NCBI GenBank assembly: GCA_021807125.1
Contig: JAKAPK010000003.1
Span: 796-64,795 of the forward strand
DNA from: Nanobdellota archaeon
Lineage (GTDB): Archaea; Nanobdellota; Nanobdellia; Parvarchaeales; Parvarchaeaceae
DNA length: 64,000 bases
Direction: 5' to 3'
The position numbers and the translations under genes were made by a program. Below the pieces are notes generated by a model, which did not search any database, was not told the origin of the DNA, and saw nothing but the letters and a program-made list of their open reading frames with translations. Shown here in pieces: positions 57,990 to 64,000 of this stretch. Positions within the stretch are counted from its first letter, which is position 1. Each line of letters begins with the position of its first letter.

Positions 57990-59520
57990 TGAATTCTTAG
58001 TAAAAGAGGGTGCTTTCGTGAATGACTATTATACTCAAAAAGCAAGAGAAATAGCGAAGTTCATGCGTGAAAAACTTGGCTTATCGTTCGATAATGCAGA
58101 ATTCAGACTTGTGAATAATGATGATATGGCGGAAAGTATGGCAACGTATGGAGACCCGTTACCAACATGGGCTACCGGGCAAAATTACATAATAAGCCGG
58201 ACGGAAATGATGGATTTACACTACAGTTTATACGAGATGGTAGGTCATTATACTTATGATTCTTTTAGCAATGGAAGAAAATTTATAGTTTACATAAACA
58301 AAAGTGACAGGGAGCATGAGATACTTGGAGTTATAGCTCATGTTTACGGTCACTTACACATGGACAAGAACAATTTTGTGTGTGCGGATAATTTATCTGA
58401 TTTAAGCAAACATTCTGCTCTCAGACGTCGTTATAGAAAGTTGGAAGAACTTGTCGGCTCAAAAGAAGTAGAGCGGGTCTTCGATCTCGGTCAGACTCTT
58501 GCAGGGTTGATAGATTTATACCCTACGTCAAGAACAGAAAAAAAGCAGGAGTATTATTCTACTGACAAAGACTCACCAGGACACGATGAATATGATGTGT
58601 TCGATTTTGTATTAAAGAACGTAACTATGTTACCTTGGGAAAGAGAAGTTTTAGAGATGGTAAAAGACATATACAGCACTTACCGCACAGTGAGAGTAAA
58701 GATAATGCATGAAGGATTCGCATCATTTGTACAGGAAAAGTACGCTGAAGAAGTATCAAAGACGGACATCGATACTGGCCTAAAGATGCATGAACTCCTT
58801 TATGCTATAGCAAATCCCCTTAACGATTCGCAGATGCCATATGCATTTGGACTCAGACTGTTTAAGGACATAGAAAAAAGATGGAATGAAGGAAAACATG
58901 GGCTGGTTTACTCACAACTGCCAAGACAGGACAGATTAGAATACAAAACCGATGAAAAAAGGGGAATGGAAAAGGTCTTAGACATAACGCGCTCGTGCAG
59001 TGATTGGGATTTCATATTCAAATACTGCGACGAGGACTTCATGGACAAGTACACAAAAGAAACACTGGATATGCTTGAAGTAGAGCTAAGAAGGGAAGCT
59101 GTAGAAAGAGACGAAAAATATGAAAAATCATGGTGGTATAAATGGATTATGAGATACACGAGAGAAAGGACAGATCCCGAAGAGTTAAAGCTAGAACTCC
59201 TGACTAGAACCGAAAGCTATTCGCCTACCGTATATATTCCAAAAGGAGGTTTCAATAATCAAGAAGGACTTACTTTAAAACAGGACTTGAGCGTACTAGA
59301 TAGATACGTAAACTCCACGGACCCGGACAAAAGAGAAGAAGAACTGGCAGAAGTTAAGGCCAGATTTGCAGAACAGCTAACCGTAACGAATGGATTCACG
59401 TATGCGGCACTTTCAAGAGTATCTAATTTCATAAAGCTTCCCGTACGCCTTCAAACAATAGACGAAGAAGGAAATGATATAACAATAGTCGCTGATGGCG
59501 AAGATGTATACGCAGAATAG
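57979..59520 (+). CDS. SpoVR/YcgB family protein
   Basis: VIAHVYGHLHMDKNN, LPWEREVL, IMHEGFASF and the overall length match SpoVR. Overlaps the DUF444 gene. Confidence 0.85.
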   Translation: MEADEFLVKEGAFVNDYYTQKAREIAKFMREKLGLSFDNAEFRLVNNDDMAESMATYGDPLPTWATGQNYIISRTEMMDLHYSLYEMVGHYTYDSFSNGRKFIVYINKSDREHEILGVIAHVYGHLHMDKNNFVCADNLSDLSKHSALRRRYRKLEELVGSKEVERVFDLGQTLAGLIDLYPTSRTEKKQEYYSTDKDSPGHDEYDVFDFVLKNVTMLPWEREVLEMVKDIYSTYRTVRVKIMHEGFASFVQEKYAEEVSKTDIDTGLKMHELLYAIANPLNDSQMPYAFGLRLFKDIEKRWNEGKHGLVYSQLPRQDRLEYKTDEKRGMEKVLDITRSCSDWDFIFKYCDEDFMDKYTKETLDMLEVELRREAVERDEKYEKSWWYKWIMRYTRERTDPEELKLELLTRTESYSPTVYIPKGGFNNQEGLTLKQDLSVLDRYVNSTDPDKREEELAEVKARFAEQLTVTNGFTYAALSRVSNFIKLPVRLQTIDEEGNDITIVADGEDVYAE

Positions 59521-59576
59521 AGACGATTTTCCTGTGCTTTTGCTACATTTATATCTGATTACTATATGTTTATTTA

Positions 59577-60482
59577 ATGCCTGAAATAATCTGCAAGAAC
59601 CTTTCAAAAAGGTATGATAAGGACCGTCTGGCGTTGGATAAAATAAACCTTTCATTAAAATTAAACGGTGTTTTTTCTCTTATAGGAAGGAACGGCGCTG
59701 GTAAGACGACACTGGTAAGAATATTATCGACTACTCTTCTGCCAAGTGCGGGTAGCGCTTACATAGACGGCATGAATGTGATGAGCGAGGCGGGAAAAAT
59801 AAGAGAGCGAATTGCAGTAGTTCCACAAGAAGCAAGACCAATAGGGTGGATGACTCCTAAGGAAATGATAAGCTCGTACCTGATGTGGCGGGGCTTCAGT
59901 TATAGGGAATCGATAAAAAGATCTGAAGAAGCGCTGGATCTGTTAGGAATAACTAAATTCGCTAATCGGCTCAGCCAAAGGCTGTCTGGTGGAACAAAAA
60001 GAAAGGTTTTGGTAGCGACCGCAATAGCATCAGATGCGGACATAATATTTTTAGATGAACCGACTACGGGTCTTGACCCTATATCTAGAGGAGAGCTTTG
60101 GGATTTGTTGTTGAAATTAAAGAAAACCCGTTTCATATTCCTAACGACGCACTACTTGGAAGAGGCCGAAATTCTTGCTGACAGGATTGGCATACTTGAA
60201 AATGGAAAACTTTTGTCGGTAGGAAACCTGCATGAACTTAGAAACAAGATGGGCTACCCATACAGTATAAAGATTCTTGGATCTGTAAAGGAGATAAAAA
60301 TCAATAAAGGCAGGATAGTTAAGGGGAGAGACGGCCATACACAAATATTCACAACGGAGAAGGAAGCACGAAGACTAGGTAGTATCTTAATAAAGAGAAA
60401 AACTAGATTTTCAATAAATCCGGTGTCTTTAGAAGACATATTCTATTACTTCACTAAAGAAGAAGTGGGCGAGGAGAGCTGA
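59577..60482 (+). CDS. ABC transporter ATP-binding protein
   Basis: Walker A GRNGAGKTT, signature LSGGTKRK, Walker B IIFLDEPTTGLD and TTHYLEE. Confidence 0.92.
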   Translation: MPEIICKNLSKRYDKDRLALDKINLSLKLNGVFSLIGRNGAGKTTLVRILSTTLLPSAGSAYIDGMNVMSEAGKIRERIAVVPQEARPIGWMTPKEMISSYLMWRGFSYRESIKRSEEALDLLGITKFANRLSQRLSGGTKRKVLVATAIASDADIIFLDEPTTGLDPISRGELWDLLLKLKKTRFIFLTTHYLEEAEILADRIGILENGKLLSVGNLHELRNKMGYPYSIKILGSVKEIKINKGRIVKGRDGHTQIFTTEKEARRLGSILIKRKTRFSINPVSLEDIFYYFTKEEVGEES

Positions 60483-60484
60483 AA

Positions 60485-61228
60485 ATGAAGAGAAACGTTG
60501 CCAGTCAACTGCTTGCATCGATACTTGTTAACGCAGTATACGCGATGAAGAATATGCCCGTGATGCTTATAAACACGCTTCTTACCCCTTTCTCCTTTCT
60601 TATCGTTATAACTTTCATAAGCCGCGGCTCTTTACTAGGTGTAGCTATAGAGGGCGCACTTATAATGACTATGGTATCCAACGGACTTGGTCTGCAGGGA
60701 GACCTTTCGCACCTAAAAAATGATATGAAGTTGCAGGAGATGGTCGTAGGATCGCCGACAAGTGCGACAATATATTTGACAGGAATGGCGATTTCAGAAC
60801 TGATATATGCGCTGCCAGCCCTAATTTTACTTGCTATACTCGCGGTTTTGTTTCTTAGTCTTACGCCTTTTGGGATAATCTCCATTGTTGGCGCAATGGT
60901 CATGATCTTCATAGTCTCTGTCGCGCTTGGATTCTTTTTTTCAACGCTTACAGCAGATGTTATACAGAGTTTCGCATTTGGAGGTATGCTATCTACAATA
61001 TTGTCGGCTTTACCCCCCGTATATTACCTGATAACGTACATACCGATGCCGTTTAGATACCTTGCGTACATATCACCCACGACATACGCTGCCGAAATAG
61101 CACAAAATGCGGCCGGTTTCATAAACATATCGACTACGAATCTGGTACTAGACTGGTCCATTTTGGCTGTATTTGCAGTAGTGTTCCTATTTATAGCCAT
61201 AAAAAAGAGCAGATGGGTAGACATTTAA
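60485..61228 (+). CDS. ABC-2 type transporter permease
   Basis: 6 TM helices, 2 nt after the ATPase gene. Confidence 0.85.
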   Translation: MKRNVASQLLASILVNAVYAMKNMPVMLINTLLTPFSFLIVITFISRGSLLGVAIEGALIMTMVSNGLGLQGDLSHLKNDMKLQEMVVGSPTSATIYLTGMAISELIYALPALILLAILAVLFLSLTPFGIISIVGAMVMIFIVSVALGFFFSTLTADVIQSFAFGGMLSTILSALPPVYYLITYIPMPFRYLAYISPTTYAAEIAQNAAGFINISTTNLVLDWSILAVFAVVFLFIAIKKSRWVDI

Positions 61229-61348
61229 ATGAAAACGCAGAAAGAACGCACATATAATGCGCAGAAAAGATTCATAATACTGAATGCCATAATTTTGGCA
61301 GCGATGATTGTCTCTGCAACGATCATTGTAGTTTACCTAATAAAATGA
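61229..61348 (+). CDS. possible 39-aa single-TM mini-protein coupled to the ABC-2 operon (not in the ORF track)
   Basis: The ATG directly abuts the permease stop (TAAATG). MKTQKERTYNAQKRFIILNAIILAAMIVSATIIVVYLIK has a basic N-terminus and one TM helix. Confidence 0.45.
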   Translation: MKTQKERTYNAQKRFIILNAIILAAMIVSATIIVVYLIK

Positions 61349-61390
61349 ATTTACAAGAGAATTGTTTATCTACACAAAATAAAAGTTTAA

Positions 61391-61426
61391 AATAAAAAAA
61401 CCGGGCTACCACAACGTGATACCCGG
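61391..61426 (-). terminator. possible terminator: short GC hairpin followed by TTTTTTTATT on the minus strand
   Basis: CCGGG (61401-61405) pairs with CCCGG (61422-61426). The A7 run at 61394-61400 reads as an oligo-T tract on the minus strand, immediately 3' of the Cys-rich ORF. The stem is only 5 bp. Confidence 0.35.
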
Positions 61427-61435
61427 CGCAATTAC

Positions 61436-61534
61436 TTAATTACAGCAACTGCAACCGCACGAGCACTTCGCTTCATTCTCGTGAGAACAGCTGCAGCATG
61501 CTTCCGTTTTTTTCTCTGCTTTTTTCTTTGCCAT
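61436..61534 (-). CDS. 32-aa Cys-rich peptide, metallothionein-like (not in the ORF track)
   Basis: MAKKKAEKKTEACCSCSHENEAKCSCGCSCCN has 9 Cys and 1 His in the last 20 residues. A TTTATAT box (61557-61563) lies 22 nt upstream of the ATG, the same spacing as at neighbouring genes. An oligo-T run follows the stop. Confidence 0.5.
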   Translation of the reverse strand: MAKKKAEKKTEACCSCSHENEAKCSCGCSCCN

Positions 61535-61556
61535 ATAATACTAGATTACAAAACGG

Positions 61557-61563
61557 ATATAAA
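61557..61563 (-). promoter_or_regulatory. TATA-box-like element for the Cys-rich peptide gene
   Basis: TTTATAT on the minus strand, 22 nt upstream of the ATG at 61534 (leaderless-type spacing). Confidence 0.4.
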
Positions 61564-61616
61564 AACCGTAAACCGACGCAAAGCTTTAAAAAGCTATAAA
61601 CTTTAGACTGGATACC

Positions 61617-61625
61617 TATTTAAAT
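61617..61625 (+). promoter_or_regulatory. TATA-box-like element for the ThyX-like gene
   Basis: TATTTAAAT, 24 nt upstream of the ATG at 61650. Confidence 0.4.
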
Positions 61626-61649
61626 TAGAATCTTTTCTAAGAATAAATC

Positions 61650-63374
61650 ATGGTGGACGTCACATTAAAGTTTCATGAAGATGACAAGGGTACGACCGTT
61701 GAATCTTTTTCCGATGCAGAAGCTAAAAGATTATCTAGATTAGTAACTAACGTAAACAGCAATATATACGCAATAAAAATAGGCAGGTACCTGCCTCCAG
61801 AACAGGCTGGTGCATTACAGTCAAGATACAGCAGGACGAGTCTCACTGGCAGGGCACTGCTGCTTAAGGAGTTTCTTCCGAACAGAAACAAGGGCAGGGA
61901 ATTTTTTAAGGCCTGGCTAGCTGACTTCGGTGACGACTCAATACAGGAAATGCCTGGTGGACTGCCTCTTTCCTGCGAATTTATATCGGATCTTGCCGCA
62001 ATGAAGATAGAAGAAAGCCGAATAGGAGCCTCCTTCATAAGAAAATCGACAAGATACGTAGCTTTTGATAAGAAACTGCCAAATGGAGAGTTCATGTTCT
62101 ACAATGATAAGCGTATAAGTGAATCGAAATTTTCGGATGAGTATACCTCTTTGATGAGGGCGCTATTCGAATCTTACACTAGAAATATGCCAGTAATGCA
62201 AAAATATGTCGCTGAAATAAATCCTTTTGAGGAACAGACCTTCTCGATAAACGGCGAAAGCTTCAAACTGCCCGAATTTAAACATGGGCTAGAAGAAAAA
62301 CTCGGAATAAGCGAGGAGGAACTAAAGAAAGCGTACGATTCTTCAGTAAAGGCCTATGCTCTTGACTTGTTGCGTGATTATCTGCCCTTATCCACACTTA
62401 CTCACATGGGTATAAGTATGAATGCCAGAGCATATGACAACTTGATAAGTAAATTAAGTGCGAGTCAACTGGCAGAGTTCAGATGGATAGGCAAACGCAT
62501 ATCCGTTGAATTAGAGAAATTAGCGCCGTCTTTAATAGGAAAGTCCAGGGAAAAATATCAAAACAAGCAGGTGGAATTCCTGACAAAAAAGGAAATTAAT
62601 ATTCGCAATTCGCTTCAGGACATACTATCCAGCGCTACGCCGGCGGAAAACCCCGAGAGTTGTTCTTTGTTCGATTATACAGGTTATGGAACAGAGAGCC
62701 CTGATGCATACTCTCAGACAATTCTTGCCTCACAAATATTGCATGACAATAGCCGAGGACTGTCGATATCAGACGCGAAACGCATAATTGAAAGCTTGTC
62801 AGCACAAAGAAAAAAGGAGATAATAACTGCTTACGTAGGGGACAGAAAGGACAGAAGACAAAAGCCTGGCCGGGCATTCGAAAGCGTTAATTATTCGTTT
62901 GATTTGACAGGGCGCATAGGCATCTTAAGGGACTACAAAAGACATCGCATTGGCACGCAAATAATGCAGCCCGTGTCACCAAACCTCGGATTCGAAGTAC
63001 GAAAGCAATACGACGCTATAGGGATAAGTGATGATTACCGAAGCAAAATGGCGGAGGTAAAGGCGCTCTATGACAGAATGTATATGGAACTGCCGGACGA
63101 GGCCCAGTATGTAGTCACGTTCGGATTCAAGTCGCGTTGGTCATACTCGTTCAATGCAAGGCAGGCATTTCATCTGATAGAGTTAAGGACATCACCACAA
63201 GGACATGAGGACTATCGCCGTCTTACGCAAGATATTTATCGCGCTATAGATAAGGTTCACCCAACTATCGCAAGTTACATCGAATATGTCAATCTTAAAA
63301 GATTCGAACTAGGCCGCCTTAATTCTGAGATAAGGATAGCGCTTAAACGAAAACAGGTTAAGAAAACGGCATAA
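61650..63374 (+). CDS. long-form ThyX-like (Thy1 family, flavin-dependent thymidylate synthase-like) protein
   Basis: YKRHRIGTQ (the RHR of the ThyX motif) and HLIELRTSPQGHEDYRRL (compare the ThyX ..lR....AQ.EiR.. helix). The N-terminal half (QSRYSRTSL) looks like a degenerate second Thy1-like module. Confidence 0.55.
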   Translation: MVDVTLKFHEDDKGTTVESFSDAEAKRLSRLVTNVNSNIYAIKIGRYLPPEQAGALQSRYSRTSLTGRALLLKEFLPNRNKGREFFKAWLADFGDDSIQEMPGGLPLSCEFISDLAAMKIEESRIGASFIRKSTRYVAFDKKLPNGEFMFYNDKRISESKFSDEYTSLMRALFESYTRNMPVMQKYVAEINPFEEQTFSINGESFKLPEFKHGLEEKLGISEEELKKAYDSSVKAYALDLLRDYLPLSTLTHMGISMNARAYDNLISKLSASQLAEFRWIGKRISVELEKLAPSLIGKSREKYQNKQVEFLTKKEINIRNSLQDILSSATPAENPESCSLFDYTGYGTESPDAYSQTILASQILHDNSRGLSISDAKRIIESLSAQRKKEIITAYVGDRKDRRQKPGRAFESVNYSFDLTGRIGILRDYKRHRIGTQIMQPVSPNLGFEVRKQYDAIGISDDYRSKMAEVKALYDRMYMELPDEAQYVVTFGFKSRWSYSFNARQAFHLIELRTSPQGHEDYRRLTQDIYRAIDKVHPTIASYIEYVNLKRFELGRLNSEIRIALKRKQVKKTA

Positions 63375-63398
63375 TTTTATACTATATATAGTGTAAAA

Positions 63399-64000
63399 TC
63401 AGCTTCTTGGCCTGAAAAGCGTAGAATATTGAGATATCGCCACGATGTTCCCGGAAAAGTCCTCGAAAACCTGTGCGTGGCCCTTACCGGTTCCAAACGA
63501 CACAGAATAGTTGTTTACATGCACAAGCGAACCGTTATAAAGGTCTATTATATACTTATTCTTACCTTCCGAATATACTATATATATTGAGCTTCCGTTT
63601 ATTCTCCTTCCCTTCCTAAATATATAGCCCTGTTCGCAATGTGCTTTTTTGTTTGATTTGCTTGATTGTGCGTGATAATTGATAGCAAGGGTAATAAGTA
63701 GTGCGGCCTCGGGATAACCTGCGACGTTATTTGCCAAGGCCTCACCGATATCTATCGTGCTGCCGCTGGTTAATCTGTAAGTGCCTCCGTCGGACTTGTA
63801 CCTGATCATTTTTCTAACCGCCTTTATAAGTTTGTTCATGGAGTGCTGGTCCAATTGCTCGTCGTCTATCAAAGACATTAGTCTTCCTATCGGAAGTCTA
63901 CTCAGCGAAGGTATCTTTGAGTAATTTCCTTCCGAATAAATTTCTACAACGTCGCCCGGCTTTGGTTCCGACGACCTCAAGTCACATTCATCATATCCGT
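63399..64000 (-). CDS. hypothetical protein, 5' end possibly beyond the window
   Basis: The frame stays open from 63399 to the window edge (the track starts it at TTG 63980). No family recognised. Confidence 0.5.
   Translation of the reverse strand, partial: GYDECDLRSSEPKPGDVVEIYSEGNYSKIPSLSRLPIGRLMSLIDDEQLDQHSMNKLIKAVRKMIRYKSDGGTYRLTSGSTIDIGEALANNVAGYPEAALLITLAINYHAQSSKSNKKAHCEQGYIFRKGRRINGSSIYIVYSEGKNKYIIDLYNGSLVHVNNYSVSFGTGKGHAQVFEDFSGNIVAISQYSTLFRPRS

Overview
This is a compact, low-GC 64-kb chromosomal segment that is almost fully coding. I saw no rRNA, tRNA, CRISPR array, IS element or integrase. The gene style points to an archaeon, most plausibly an acidophilic Thermoplasmatales-like organism (inference only). 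The signs are TATA-like boxes about 22-28 nt upstream of many ATGs (leaderless mRNAs), GGAGG-type ribosome-binding sites inside operons, gene junctions of 1-4 nt, and many membrane-anchored surface proteins dense in N-x-S/T sequons.

Contents from left to right:
- a frameshifted GH15 glucoamylase/trehalase gene
- an orphan two-gene operon and a gene-poor 1.1-kb stretch
- a surface glycoprotein, a cation/H+ antiporter, an FKBP isomerase and a DUF998 protein
- a complete fatty-acid beta-oxidation block (thioesterase, two acyl-CoA dehydrogenases, thiolase, fused HAD/ECH, SCP2, acyl-CoA synthetase), with divergent etfBA and a membrane-bound HdrD/EtfD-like Fe-S oxidoreductase
- upp, a SpeA-like PLP decarboxylase translationally coupled to a UvrD-type helicase/PD-(D/E)xK nuclease, and a gamma-carbonic-anhydrase-like protein
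- an MFS transporter
- a three-gene cassette: ThyA paralog, mini-GNAT, and a protein resembling phage DNA-base-hypermodification enzymes
- membrane, MBL and EamA genes
- a PadR-ABC operon
- a glycosylation/surface-protein island (phosphohexomutase, UDP-glucose dehydrogenase, a YVTN beta-propeller protein and other large glycoproteins)
- FMN reductase, proline dehydrogenase, exonuclease III and threonine synthase
- a four-gene PrkA / PrkA-like / DUF444 / SpoVR operon
- a second ABC-2 exporter
- an unannotated 32-aa peptide with 9 cysteines
- a long ThyX-like gene

The best candidate for a new system is the ThyA-paralog/GNAT/hypermodification-like cassette at 27587-29837. Other leads are the archaeal PrkA-DUF444-SpoVR module, the helicase-nuclease/decarboxylase pair, a probable heteromeric acyl-CoA dehydrogenase pair, and the Cys-rich peptide. 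All family assignments come from reading motifs by eye and from memory. No searches were run.
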